Assembly: GCF_009914755.1 (NCBI RefSeq)
Contig: NC_060931.1
DNA: 64,000 nucleotides
Source: the human T2T-CHM13v2.0 reference genome, Homo sapiens
Strand: one strand, 5' to 3'
Each line of letters opens with the position of its first letter. Position 1 is the stretch's first letter. A program made the translations under genes and the position numbers. Positions 13,909 through 29,532 of the stretch are shown here, piece by piece. The notes under the pieces were generated by a model that searched no databases, had not been told where the DNA came from, and was given only the letters and a program-made list of their open reading frames with translations.

Positions 13909-14152
13909 TCTGGTTCAGTCATTTGCGGAGCTTGATGGGTCGTCAGAGTGGGTGTAGACCCCTACGTTTGTGATATTTTCCACTGTTATTTGTAACTCTT
14001 GGGGGAGTTTTTATTTTAGTTTCCTCTTTAATAAATAAACTTAGTACTCCTGTTGCATATGAAAGATTAGCTAAACAAAAAAGTTCAGTTGTTATCAAAG
14101 TGTTCCAGAAACATATAGAAAGAGCCTCAATACAAAAAGCTTTGTATTTTAA

Positions 14153-14200
14153 TTCTTCTTCTTCTTCTTCTTCTTCCTTCTTCTTCCTTCTTCTTTCTTC
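14153..14200. repeat. (TTC)n microsatellite (Alu tail)
   Basis: Seen directly. Confidence 0.9.
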
Positions 14201-14201
14201 C

Positions 14202-14511
14202 TTTTTTTTTTTTTTTTTTTTTTTTTTTGAGACAGAGTGTCGCTCTTGTTGCCCAGGCTGGAGCGCAATGGTGCGATCTCAGCTCACCGCAACCTCCGCC
14301 TTTTGGGGTTTAGGTGATTCTCCTGCCTCAGCCTCCCGAGTAGCTGGGATTGCAGGCATGCACCACCACACCTGGCTAATTTTGTATTTTTAGTAGAGAT
14401 GGGATTTTATGCCTTTGGTCAGGCTGATCTCGAACTCCTGACCTCAGGTGATCTGCCCGCCTTGGCCTCCCAAAGTGCTGGGATTACAGGTGTGAGCCAC
14501 CACACCCAGCC
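14202..14511 (-). mobile_element. Alu (Sp/Sq-like)
   Basis: Full dimer, cgctcttgttgccc. Confidence 0.93.
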
Positions 14512-14524
14512 ATTATTATTCTTT

Positions 14525-15235
14525 TAATGTTTATTTTATGTTCAGGGGAACATGTGTAGGTTTGTTATATAGGTTAATTGCATGTCGCAGGGGTTCAGCG
14601 TACAGATCATTTCATCTCCCAGATAACACCATAGATAGTTTCTTGATTCTTACCCTTCTCCCTCCCTCCACTTTCAAGTAGGCCTCATGTCTATTGTTCC
14701 CCTCTTTATGTCCATGTGTACTCGTCGTTTAGCCCCGACTTATAAGTGAGAACTGGTGGTATTTGGTTTTCTGTTCTGAGTTAGTTTGCTTAGGACAATG
14801 GCCTCCAACTCCAGGTTGCCGCAAAGGACATGATGTCATTCTTGTTTATGGCTGCGTAGTATTCCATGGTGTATATGTGCCACATTTTCTTTATCCAGTC
14901 TACTATTGATGGGCATTTAGGTTGATTCCATTTCTTTGCTACAGTGAATAGTGCTATAATGAACATACCTGTGCATGTGTCTTTATGATAGAACAATTTA
15001 TATTCCTTTGGGTATATACCCAGTAATGGGATTGCTGGGTCAAATGGGTCTGCTTTGAGTTCTTTGCGGCTTCACCAAATTGCTTTCTACAATGGCGGAA
15101 CTAATTTACATTCTCACCAGCAGTGTATAACCATTACCTTTTCTTCACAACCTCTCCAGCATCTGTTATTTTTTTTACTTTTTAATGATAATCATTATGA
15201 CTGGTTGAAATGGTATCTCATTATGGTTTTGATTT
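14525..15235 (-). mobile_element. L1 (old L1PA-like) 3' end
   Basis: ORF 14790-14996 (-) encodes an L1 ORF2 C-terminus (..MFIIALFTVAKKWNQPKCPSIVDWIKKMWHIYTMEYYAAI); 3'UTR motifs. Confidence 0.92.
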
Positions 15236-15754
15236 TCCTTTTTCTAAAAAAAAATCACCATGATCTCATCCCTTGGGGACAGCATCTATTGAAGTTTTAG
15301 TGTATTGTCTTTGAGTCTATTTTCTATACAGATTATGAGCCTATGATATCTCACTTTTTCCCTTTTTCATTTAACATTAAATCGTGAGTATTTTCTGATG
15401 TTATTGATGATCTGTTTCCATTGTTGGAAATTTAGGTTATTTTCAATTTTTCATTATTATATATAACATTCTATTGAATATTTTTTCACTCATATCTTTA
15501 TATGTTTTGATTTGATATTTATTTTCTGAATCCACACTTCTAAAGGTATATAGTAGAGGGATATTTTTGGAGATTCTTGATACGTATTATAATATTTTCC
15601 TCCAGAAAATCTATAGTAATTCTACTCTTGTTAGAATTTTACTAGACCCTTCCAATACTGGGTACTAGCATGTAAAAAATGCCAAACTGATAGGTTATTG
15701 TTTCAACTTACACTTTTTTGCATGAGATTCTTGCCTTTTAAAAAGCGTGAGGCT

Positions 15755-16693
<939 letters not shown>

Positions 16694-17483
16694 CTATTTG
16701 TGTGCATCTTGGTTGGATTATGAGAGGTCTTTATTTTGTGCTCTCAGATTTAAGAATTACTTATTTTCTGCTTGTAAAATAGACAAAAGAGGATGGACAT
16801 AGTGTCAAGATGCTGGAGAGAAAACCCCTGTGTTCCAGGCAGAACTCCACCTCCGCTTCTCAAACAGATTCTCCATTTTCTATTAGATTTGTAGTGTCTC
16901 TCTTTTTCTATTTAGAGTGTGTCCTTGCTTGAAGTAGATTATTTCTTTCTCAAATGAATTTTGTACAAATCAGTTAAGTGTCTTGGTTACTGAGAAAAAT
17001 AGATTCAAAATAAAGAAAATTATCTTAAATGGATTTAAATTTGCAGCATTAGCTGAGAAACCTGTTAAATCTCTCTCTCTACCAAATAAGCATGTATTCA
17101 TTTAGAATCACTAGGAAAATATACATCACCCCTGCTGGAAGCTATTTTGTGTCCCTGGACTTTTGCTCTCCAAAACATCTGTCTGTTTTTATTTCCTGAT
17201 GCTCTCTCATTAGCCTTTCTTATTAGGACATTGGCAAATAAACATGGCCCTATTTTTTTGTACTTCTATAAGAATGAAAATGCCTTCAAAACGAGGTTAC
17301 TGGAAAAGAGCCGGTTGAACAAGTATTATTGAGCACTTATTATGAGCCAGATAGTTTTCTCCCCACTGGAGATAGACACTTGGATGAAGCACAGTCCTTG
17401 CCTACTTACTTCTTGTCTAGGGAGGAAGACAGATATACCAGCAGATCAGGTCAGCACAAGGGTATGTGCCGGCTAGAGATTCA

Positions 17484-18120
<637 letters not shown>

Positions 18121-18848
18121 TCACAGGGAAGAGAGACATGTACAAAATTTTGGAAGATGGAAAGAGGATGGTAATGGCAACTGACAGAGCAAGCTGGGTG
18201 AAGCTGAGACCCAACCTCCCACATGAGGTGGGTGGGGGTTTGTAAGAGCAGAAGAATGCAGTCTAGCCAGAAGCCCCTAGAGACTCAAGAATTGGAGATG
18301 ACAGGCATTTCTGATGGCCGGGGGAGGGGAGCAGATTTGAACAGAAGGGATGGTTAGCAGTTATGTCCCCAGATCCTTTCTTCAACTCTGCACAGCCAGA
18401 GACTGCCCTTTCTCATCTGGCAGAATATGGGAGGTTTACTCCCTAGAGAAGATGAACTATAGTTCATAGAGGTGGCCTTGGACAGAGGATAACAAGGCTG
18501 CATATGAAATGGGATGACTTCCCAGCTCCATTACCCCTCTAGTCTCTATTACTCCTGTAAGCAAGAGTTTGAAGAATCCACTTAAAATTATTCAGCCTAA
18601 GGAAAAGGCTGATAGATCTGACAGCTGGTGGTACCCCTAAAATGGCTGGGTTCTGCTCATTAACTATTAGTATGGCATGCGAGTTGTAAGGCTTCATCCT
18701 TTTGCATAAAGCAGTCCTGCTCTAAAATAAGAAAGGAAAGGCAGGATCACTAGACATCTCAGTAGAGTCTTTGTTATAAAAGATGTTAACAACAACAACA
18801 GAAAACAGTAAACAGAAACAACAAACTTTGTTTCTGTTTAATGACTTA

Positions 18849-19230
<382 letters not shown>

Positions 19231-19254
19231 TAAATCTTAAAAGTTAAAAGTTAG

Positions 19255-19365
19255 ACCTGTAGTCCTAGCTATTCAGAAGGCTGTGACAGTAGGAACACTT
19301 GAACCTAGGAGTTAGAGTCCAGCTTGGGCAACATAGCAAGACCCTATCTCTTATAAAACAAAAAT
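19255..19365 (+). mobile_element. Alu monomer fragment (FLAM-like)
   Basis: cctgtagtcctagcta...cttgaacctaggagtt...gggcaacatagcaagaccc. Confidence 0.75.
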
Positions 19366-19369
19366 TAAA

Positions 19370-21050
19370 CGGAGATAAGTAATTTAATAAAGAGTTGGAA
19401 GACAGCATTGAGAAAAGTTCTAAAAAGTAGAAAAAAAGAAATGAAAATTAGGAGTGGAAAGATCAAAAGAAATTAGATCAGTCCAGTAGGTTCAACATCC
19501 ACTAATGAGAAAATCAGAGAGAACAGAGAGAAGAAAGTCATCAAACAAATGATGCAAGACAATTTCCCAGAATCCGTAGGATGTGAGCTTTCAGATTAGA
19601 AGATCCCACCCAGTTCCTACATAATTCATGAAAAGAAAAAAAACTAAACTCACATCAAGAAATGTAAATTTAAAATTTCAAAACAACTTGGATGAAGAAA
19701 AAGTCCTGAAAGCTTTCAGAGAATAAATGCAGATTACATATAGTTGGCATTAGATTCCTCTGTAGAAACATTAGATGACAATGGAAGAATGCTTAAATAA
19801 TTTTGAGAGAAAAAAATAATGTTCCATTTAGAACTCTTAACAGTCATCTATAGAATACTTTGGGCCAGGAGCAAATGCAAAGTAAACCCATCGCAAAAAT
19901 GTAGGCTCTTAACAATTTTACCTCCTCTGAATTTGTTTTGAGGAAGCTACTCAAGCACATGCTCCAGCAAAACAAAGGAGTCAAGTGAGGAAGATGATGA
20001 AGAGATGCTCCAGGGTAACATTCTAGGGTGACAGCCATGTAGCAGACCAAGAGATCAATTATTCCCACATCTTTAGAGAGAAACCTCCTAGAGGCTCCTG
20101 TGGATGCAGGAGGATGCAGGGCTCCAGGAGGTATGTCTCTAAAGGAGGTGGGAAGTGGCAACATTGTTTGATTGCCTAGAGTTTTTGACTACATTAAGAT
20201 TTTTTCTTAACTCCTCGTTCAAAAAGCTTGGGACTGTTTACTGATTGTGTTAGGCCATTGTGTTGCTATAAAGGAATACCTGAGACTGGGTTATTTATAA
20301 ATATAAGAAGTTTAATTGGCTCACTTTTCTGCAGCCTCTCCAGGAAGCATGGTGCTTGGCTTCTACTTGGCTTCTAAGGAGGCCTCAGGAAGCTTACAGT
20401 CATGGCTGAAAGCAAAAGGTGAGCCAGCCTGTCACATGGCAAGAGTGGGAGCAAAAGAGAGAGAGAGTGGGAGATGCCACACACTTTTAAACAACAAAAT
20501 CTCATGTGAACTCACTCATCATCCAGAGGATGGCACTAAGCCATTTATGGAGATCCACCCCCATGATCCAGACACCTCCCACTAGGCCCCACCTCCCACA
20601 CTGGGAATTACATTTCAACATGAGATTTGGCTGAGACACGCATCCCAACCATATTACTGATAGACATAAAACAGCTTGTGAAAAAGCAAAGCAATTAATA
20701 CAGAAAAAAAACAAAAGCTCTCCAATAAACAAACTATACTTCCCATATACTCTGTAGCTCAGCTCTGAGCAATATATTGTAGTCATATAAATGTAAATAT
20801 TTCATATTGATTTAAACACAAATTATGGTATAATTATTGGAAGAAGGAGGAGGCAAAATGTGTATGTGAGGTGGGGGTTTGTAAGAAAACTAAATCTACA
20901 TCTTCAGTAGCAGGAAGTCAATTGAAAATGTGTATTACACATCAAGAAATACTAACATAATCATTGTTATTTAGCAACATGGAGATTACAGGAGTTGAAG
21001 GAGACTGTGTATGTTTTATTTTAACAAAATTTCAATTAAACAATAAATAT
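19370..21050 (+). mobile_element. HAL1/old L1 relic, interrupted by an MST LTR
   Basis: ORF1-like A-rich segment (aggttcaacatcc, aatttcccagaa, tttcagatt.aa) and HAL1-like 3' part (gctcagct.tga..aatat, ctaaatct.catctt, aggaagtcaat, tcaagaaata, tgttatttag). Confidence 0.65.
20246..20656 (-). mobile_element. MSTB-like solo LTR (MaLR)
   Basis: ttgctataaaggaatacctgagactggg...; 5-bp TSD CTGAT at 20241-20245 and 20657-20661. Confidence 0.92.
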
Positions 21051-24000
21051 AAATCTATACCAAAAAATGCAAGATGTGTGGGATGAAAGTACAGTAGAAG
21101 AATGAGTTGGAGAACTAGCTTGAATGATATGATCACATTTAGATTATTCTGGCCACTATGTGTTGGGTAAATTTGAAGGTGAATTTTGAGATAAATTTGA
21201 GAGCCCATAGGCCATAGGCAGTAACCAGAGAGACTGTTGTAAATTCTGAGCTCCACAGCAAAAGTTACCAAATTAACCTCTCTTCATTGCAAACTAATCC
21301 TAGCCATCAAAGAGTTGTAAGGCTCTTGCCTGTAGAAGCAACTTTGCTGATATCTGAGCCCTGGAGATGTAAGGAGAGGCAGCTGCCTGGGGCTGAGCAG
21401 TTTCCTTCCTCCAGAGAAATTATTCCCCAATGGATAGGATCCTTTTTGTTAAGCCCCAGACAGCTCTCACAAGTTTTTAAGAAGCTTTAAGTAGGCTAAT
21501 TTCATTGCAATTTTAAACAGAACCTCAAGTTGCTTTAATTCTTACTGTTTTATTGCTATATTACACTTGAGAAAATTGTTTTTCTTATAAATATGAATGA
21601 ATGTTTAGGTAGCAGTGAGATTAACCATTTGTTTGTCACATTTCAGGCAAATGAATTCCAAAATGCTGTTTTCCATTTTGTTTTAATTCCGTGACTATTT
21701 TTTTTCTTCCACTGGACAGATATTTTAAACTTGTATGAATCCCAAGCTGTCAGTCTTTCCATTTTCATTTCTTCCCTGCTTTAAAGTGTAAAAAGATATT
21801 ATCCCTCAGAATACTTATAAATATTCTATTTTGTTTTGTGTTGCTTTTCTATGACTCTTTTATATTTCACCCTTCCTTCTAGAGTTTATTTTGGAATATG
21901 GTTCAAGTTTGCATCTTTTGTTCCAAAGATCTGTCCCTCTTTTTAGAGAAGAGCTTTTTCAAAATAATCTTATAAATAACCCTTCTCTTTCTCTTATTTG
22001 GAGGTGCTAAATATGTTACATTTTATGCTTTTTGTATATAAGTAGGCTTATTTTCTCTGTGGTGTTCTTTTGGTCTGTATTTCTTTTTTTTTCTTCTTCT
22101 TGTCCTTTCTTGGTTTTGTAGAAATTACTAAAAATGATTTTTTGACTAAAGTCTCCAATCTGCCAGGCACTGTGCCAGCAGTTTGGAGAAGAGCAAGGCA
22201 TCTTGGCCCCAGAGGACTTCAAAGAGAGTGGGAGAGGCTGGTGGCTATTTATAGTCCTTTTGGTCACTTTTAGAGGGCCTTAGAAAGTAAGACAAGGGCG
22301 TGAGCCATTCTGTGGGAGGCAGAAGGTGACCTTGATCTTATTGGCAAGCAGGAGTTTTCCCTCTAAAGGGGAGGCAGGGCATTTGAGAGAGAGAACAGCA
22401 AGTGCAATGATAAGTAGCTCAGCTTGTGAAAAAGCAAAGCAACTATTAACTACAGGAAAAAAACAAAAGCTCTTAAAGAAAGGAATTGCAATTCCAGGCA
22501 CTCCATGGCTCAGGGGACAGTTCTTGGATTTTGGGATTAGGGGAAATGGAAAACTTTTGGCTAGAGAATAGTTTCCAGATTGAATTGTGGAAGAAAAATT
22601 TGGAGTGGAAGGGGGAAACCAGGCTGGGAAGTGCCTCATGTTCTAGCCCTGGGTGGGGACTTTCACATTTTCAGTAGATGCCAGTAAAAGATTAGAGTCA
22701 GGATGGTATTATTATTATAATTTCTTTTTTTTAAATAATGATAACTGTGGCAGAAATGTGGAGAATTGAATGGAGAAGATGGAGGCTGGTAGCAGGATGG
22801 CTAAATATTAAGTCATGGTTACCAACGTTTATTGAGTGCCAACTGTGTGCGAGACATTGCCAGAGAGAGAAGAGGGGTGTTTTTAATAATACAGCAAGCA
22901 CTTTATTATTATTGTGCTACTTTTATACAATTGTTTTCCTGTAACAAACTAAGGACTAAGCAGGGATAAGGTGGAAGAGCTGGATTCAGGAAAATCCTAG
23001 AGAGAATTAGTAAAATGAGGCAACTAATTGGAAATGGATGAAGTGGGTGCACTAGCTTGGGAGATGGAGTGGAAGTGATCTTGTTAACCAGGAGAGAGAA
23101 TGCTGTAGGGGTTCACGTTTTGTAAGGAAGACAGCAGCTCTGCTTGTCCGGCGTTTCCCAAAGTATTGGTTTTCTTGAGTAACCACAGGACATGAATCTG
23201 TCTGGCTTTATTTATGATTTGGCTCTGTGTTTGTAAGAAGATAACCTTTGGTGACACCAGAAGCTGGGCAAGGCTTTCTAAGCCCCCACTGTTTTTTTGT
23301 TGTTGTTGTTTTTTGTTTTTTTTTTTGTTTTTTTTTGCTGAGACATACCATTCTATATCACACTGTGGCATAGTAATTATCTGCTTTTCCGATTATCTCG
23401 TACTGTGAGGGAGGGACCACAGAAATCTGTCTGTGCTTATTAAAGCCACTGCTGAGATCCCCGCACCAATTTTATGATATGCTTTCTCCTCTCAAACCAT
23501 GTAGGTAATTTATGAGCGGTTTCTACTGCTGTTATCTTCAATTTCTCCTTTGGCCTCCTGCTTATAAATCCAGATGTCAGGTTTCTTTGGAATTCATTTT
23601 GCTTCACTCAGAAAGTCTCCTCTTTCTTTCAGCACAACAAATTCTAACCCATTTTATCCCGACAATGTCTGCTTTGGATGCGGCTGGCATGATGACCCTG
23701 TGGAGCATCCTCATGTCATGCCCAGTGAACAGAGGCATGTTGTGGTCTGGAGGTCAGGAATGATGTCTGGGCTGACCATGGGTATTTGAGAATCATCCAA
23801 CTCCAGTGGGTATTTTAGGTTGGGTCTGTGTGCATGTGACTCGTATGTGTATGTGAGTCCTGGTCTTATAATGAATGAGTGGAGCACATCTACTCATGGC
23901 TCAATACCCAACTCAAGTTTCCCTCCGCTGTGAAAAGGACACATCTGATTATAGTAGCTGCAGTGGAGCTTTTTTTATATGAATCATTCCTCTAACAATA

Positions 24001-24066
24001 GATACCCTGTGTCTCACAGGTCGGTTTTTATATAGGGTGAAAGTGCCTTAAAAAGAGTCAAGAATC

Positions 24067-24346
24067 CAGCTGGGTGTGGGGGCTCATGCCTGTAATCCCA
24101 ACACTTTGAGAGGCTGAGGCAGGAAGATCTCTTGAGATCAGGAGTTTGAGACCAGCCTGGTTAACACAGTGAGACCTGTCTCTACTAAAAATTAAAAAAA
24201 AAAAAAAAAAAGCTGGATATGGTGGCTTGTGCCTGTTGTCCCAGCTACTGGGGAGGCTGAAGTGGGGGGATTGCTTGAGTCCAGAGTCCAAGGCTACAGG
24301 GAGCTATGATCGTGCCACTGCACCCCATCTTGGATAACAGAGTGAG
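24067..24346 (+). mobile_element. Alu (J-type)
   Basis: Dimer motifs. Confidence 0.9.
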
Positions 24347-24599
24347 ATGAGTGTGTACATGTGACAGTGTGTGTGTATATATATTTATATATTATACTTA
24401 CATATTATATATATTTTAAAAGGTCAAAAATTCTATGTTAAACTTTCTTTTTCACAGACTCACATGGACACAGAGAGTAGCTGTCCAATGAGTAATAATA
24501 ATAAGTAGCTGTATGCTTAGGAGTGTCCCTGAATCACTAACCACAATAATTTTTCCCTTTTATTGACTACCTTTTATGTTTTTGTCGCTGTATGGCATG

Positions 24600-24770
24600 T
24601 TTTATTGATCTCATTTAAATTTAACTGCTCTCTGAAATAGCTATTCCCATCCCTTCTTTTGTAAATGAGGCAAGGTGGCCTTGGAGAGGTTAAGCAACCT
24701 GCCTGAGGTCACACAGCTAGTAAGTGCAGGGACCTGGATTCAAACCCAGCTCTGTGTGTATCTTCAAGGT
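24600..24770 (-). mobile_element. MIR SINE
   Basis: agaggttaagcaacctgcctgaggtcacacagctagtaagt...ggattcaaaccca. Confidence 0.85.
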
Positions 24771-25397
24771 CTGTGGACGTCCCCACATCAACTGCCTAAC
24801 CTTCTGTGTCTGCAGAATGGAACCTTCTCCTCTATGATGGGGTTGCCAGAAGGAAAAGAAATTCTGAGTCTTACAGCAAGTGGACAGTTTATCTAGGGAA
24901 TCTTGCCTGTTGGGGGGGCGGGGGTGGGAGGGTGGGTGGGTGGAGTTACTTCTTTAGTTTTCCTCTCTTGGTACTTTTCAATTCTTTCGAAGCTAACAAA
25001 ATTCCAAAGGAGCTTTATGTTAAATTTGAGTAGCTATTGCCTGTGATGGCCCTAGTATGTAGTGTAATACAGTTGAAACCCTCTTTAAGGCATACAGTAT
25101 TTTTTTTTTTAAATAAAACATGGGAAAGAAAAATTGTATAATATTATGTGGCTTAGGAAATGTCTTACCATAGAGTTTATACCGAGGAGGAACGTTATTT
25201 GCTAACGCAGGTCTTCACGCAGCAATGGGATGGAAGAGTGGAGTATGTAAGTTGAGGGGTGCCCTTTCCTTTAGTGTGTGAGGGTGATATGATTCCTGCA
25301 GTACTTATGGGTGAATGTTCATCCCACTTTTGCAGATTCCCTAGGTCTGAAGAAGATATCTGGGCCACCTAAAAACCTTCATGAGAGAGTTATACGT

Positions 25398-25585
25398 GAA
25401 GGTTAAGAGCCTGGATTCAGAAATCTAACTTCTAATCTCAGCTTTGTCCCTTTCTAGCTATGTGACCTTGGGCAAGTTGCTTAACCTGTCTGTGCCTCAG
25501 TTTCCTCATATGTAAAATGGTGATGTAATCATATCTACTTTATAGAATTGCTGTGTGGATTAAATTTTCCACGTGAAATGTATAG
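25398..25585 (+). mobile_element. MIR SINE
   Basis: ctagctatgtgaccttgggcaagttgcttaacctgtctgtgcctcagtttcctcatatgtaaaatgg. Confidence 0.9.
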
Positions 25586-26162
25586 AATAATATACCTATA
25601 CGTTTCACACAATAATATACCTATACATTTCAGGCACAAGCCACCACACCTGGCCATACCCCTTATCATCTTTAAAACACCTTACATTAAATGACAGGAT
25701 CTTCAGGAAAATATCTACTGAAAAGTGATATATCCTTAGCCTTGCACTTACATGGAAAACTTTAATCTAGGACAATGGGCATTTCCTTGTCCCCAAGTCA
25801 GCACAGAAATCCAGAGGGTCCAGCCTGAGACAGATGCCAGGGTGATGGTGAGAGTCTGGGGAGGGTATTTTCCTTCATAAGGTTCTTCCCAGGCCTGGAT
25901 CAGAAGGGGCAGCTGTGGATTCCCCACAGCCAACATATTGAGGAAGATTCAGCCCTCACTAGGGATGTTCTGAGGTCATGGGAGACTTTGTGAAAGTTGG
26001 AGGATGGGCTCAGCTACCTCCTGCTTCTGCTTCCTCCATAGTAGTCAGACCAGAAGAAAAAAAAAGTATAATGTGTGTTTTTCCTCTTTTCACGATTTGA
26101 TTTTTTCCACATATTGAAGTAATTTTTCCTTGAAAAGGACTGAATATTAAAAAATACATTTT

Positions 26163-26515
<353 letters not shown>

Positions 26516-28598
26516 TTATGAATTGGCAATGTTAATTAGATCTTTTCTTGGAACTTGAAAGTATTCTCACCTGAAATGCGTTTAAAACAAAGTTACCATC
26601 AAGATTCCCCTCTGTTTCTTTCTAGAGAGCTTTCTGGACAAGTTTCAATGTCTTTCATGGAGAATTTGAAACCAGTGGATAGAAAGCAGTGTCAACCTTG
26701 TCCTGTTTATGCAAATGGATCTGCTCTGTCACCTGTTTATAACCCCCGGGGTCATTGACTCTCAAGTTCACATTCCCCAGATGTAGATGCAGCTATGGGA
26801 CATGGAATTCTCGATTTATTAGTTTGAATCAAACCAATGTTGAGATTTACAGTACTGGCTGTTGTTGCTTCTGCTGGCCTTTGATAGTTTAAGTAAGGAT
26901 TGTAGACAGATGAGAGCTGCAGGAGGGGCTAGCTCATCTCATCTAATATTCAGAAATCCTCACACTGTTACTGGGGACTTGAGAGTTGGTACTTAAACAA
27001 CCTTTGTGTTTCTAGGGGATTATCCTGTCTGCCTAGTCCATTGCTTCCTCACTCTAGCAGTGCACTGAGTTAAAACCAACCCATCCTAAACTTGCCTCCA
27101 GGCGTCTACATGGGCACACACACATCCCCACACCCTACAAGGAAACCCAAGCTGGTTTATACAAGCTCACTTTAGGCAGTTTGCCAAATTCTACTCCGAT
27201 TCGTTCAGTGGACAGATAGTTACGTGAAATACTTGCAGTACGGGAAACATTTGTTTCTCAGCCCTGGGGATAATCAATAGAGGCAAATGCCTTTGCAATC
27301 ACAATGCCTGTTTATGTGTGGAGTTCTTCGTTGTTCTTGGTTTGTGAGTACAGTAAACATTCTCCAAGTGGCAGCAGGAGAGAACCACGGTGCTTTCGTA
27401 ACAAGCTGAGATTTACAGGCTTGTAAGAGCTGGGGTTATAAATCAGGCTTCTGGTGGAATGGGTGAAATGGACTAAATTCAAGTATTAATGGGAGAGCCA
27501 CGTGTGCGCTGTGCAGGGAGAAAGGCTCATCAGTATTACAGATGGCATGTCCCTTTAGTTAATTTAGAAGAAATTCCGATCACCCAACAGAGCTCTGAGG
27601 ATGGATGCAGGAAAAAGAAGACTGTGGCATATGGAGGGAACATATTTGTTCTTGGAAAATCAGTAGAAAATGTTTAATGTCATCATAACCTCATTTGCAT
27701 AAAAATAGTCACATGCGGTAAACCAGATAAAAGCAAAGGAAGACGTGACGGAACCAATGCTGTTTGGAGTTTCGTTTCGTTATGAATAACATAAATAATT
27801 CAATTGAATAAATAAATACGAAATTGCTTTAAGTAGATGTACTACAAGTGATTATTCCTTGAAAATTCCTTAATGGTACGTGCCCCAATGATGAAGCAAT
27901 GTGATTATGTCTCCATGGGCAGCCCTTTGCTGGACACTTGACCCTTGACAATAATATTGAGCTCTCTGTAGCTCTCAAGTGTTTTATGAACACAAATGAA
28001 GTTTTTAGTTTCACAATCTTATTCATAAACATGATCTTGAAGTTGTTTAAATAGACTTATCTTCATTGTGATGAATGCAGCCCCACTTTGCACATGGTTG
28101 CGCTTAGGCAATATTAGATAATCAGAAGTTTGAAGAGTCTTGGGCTGTGCGGTACTAGAAACATAATTCTAAATAAATATTTGGAACCCTGGTGGCAGAA
28201 TTTGAGCTGTTGTTTCTGCCTCACAGAGTCTGGTCAGGGGAATTCTTGTGTAAGGACAAATTGTGGCATGGATAAAATTGATGGAAATTATTTATGAGTT
28301 AAATAAAAATAAAGAAAGGAATTTATTTATGATTTCAACAAATGTTTTCTAGGGTTTTGTAGAAAGCCATGCACAGGTACTATGGGAGCTATAACAGATG
28401 TGTATGACACAGTCCTTGTACTCATTTGATTTTATTCATTCACTCAGTAAATACTCGTCAATCAGCTCCCACACACCAGGCACTATGTTGGAGGTTGAGG
28501 TTATAAGGGGGAGACAGATGATAAACTGGGAAAAATAAACACGAGCTAATTATAGATTGTGATAAATGTTTTGAAGTAAATGAACAGGTGCTAACATA

Positions 28599-28929
28599 CA
28601 TCTGACCCTTAAAATCCCTGGGTTTTACATCTGCAAATTCAACCAACTAAGGATGGAAAATACTAGAAAAAAAATAAAAATAAAAAATAGCAATACGACA
28701 ATAAAAAATACAAATAAAAAAACACTACAGTATAATGACTATTTGCATAGCATTTGCATTGTATTACATATTATAAGTAATCTAGAGATTATTTAAAGTA
28801 TCCAGGAGATGTGAGTAGGTTATGCGCAAATACTATACCATTTTATACAAGGGACTTGAGCATCCTTGGATTTTGGTATCCATGAGGGGGTTCTGGAACC
28901 AATCCCCCTTAGATACTGGGGGACAACTG
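28599..28929 (-). mobile_element. MER2-family TcMar-Tigger DNA transposon
   Basis: gggacttgagcatc..tggattttggtatcc...ctggaaccaatcccc...gatact.gggggacaactg; TA on both sides. Confidence 0.88.
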
Positions 28930-29025
28930 TAGAGAGTAAATGGAAACAAGAGTGTACTTTAGAGAAGGTGAATTGAAGAGGCAGAAGAGATGAGGATAAA
29001 ACAGCAGCTCAAAACTCTGGCAGCG

Positions 29026-29326
29026 GCTGGGCGCAGTGAGTCATGCCTGTAATCCCAGCACTTTGGGAGGCCAAGGCTGGTGGATCACTTAAGGCCAGGA
29101 GTTTGAGATCAGCATGGCCAACATGGCAAAATCTCATCTCTACTAAAAATACAAAAATTAGCTGGGCATAGTGTTACACACCTGTAGTTCCAGCTACTCA
29201 GGAAGATGAGGCACAAGAATTGTTTGAACCTGGGAGGCAGAGGGTGCAGTGAGCCAAGATTGAGCCAGTGCACTCAAGCCTGGGTGACAAGAGAGAAACT
29301 GCATCTCAAACAAACAAACAAACAAA
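29026..29326 (+). mobile_element. Alu (S-type)
   Basis: Full dimer. Confidence 0.92.
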
Positions 29327-29532
29327 GAACATAAGTAAATAAAGCCTCTGTCAGAAAACCTCTCTGGACAGAAAGAATAGTGCCTAGAAAACCCTAAGTT
29401 TGGAATGGGCTTGATTTAGGAACTGATAGCAGATACTGGCCAATTGTTTGAGGGTGATGGAAGGGAGGTAGGAACCATAGCATGTGGGATTGTGGGCAAT
29501 GAATCTGGGATTTATTTCAATGGGAACAAAAG

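Noticed and set aside
13734-13973. 79-aa ORF over the exon in the ORF track
   Set aside because: It is the +1 frame of the GALNT17 exon running into the intron, not an independent gene; used only in the circRNA hypothesis
14790-14996. ORF with protein-like sequence (KWNQPKCPSIVDWIKKMWHIYTMEYY)
   Set aside because: Dead L1 ORF2 C-terminal remnant
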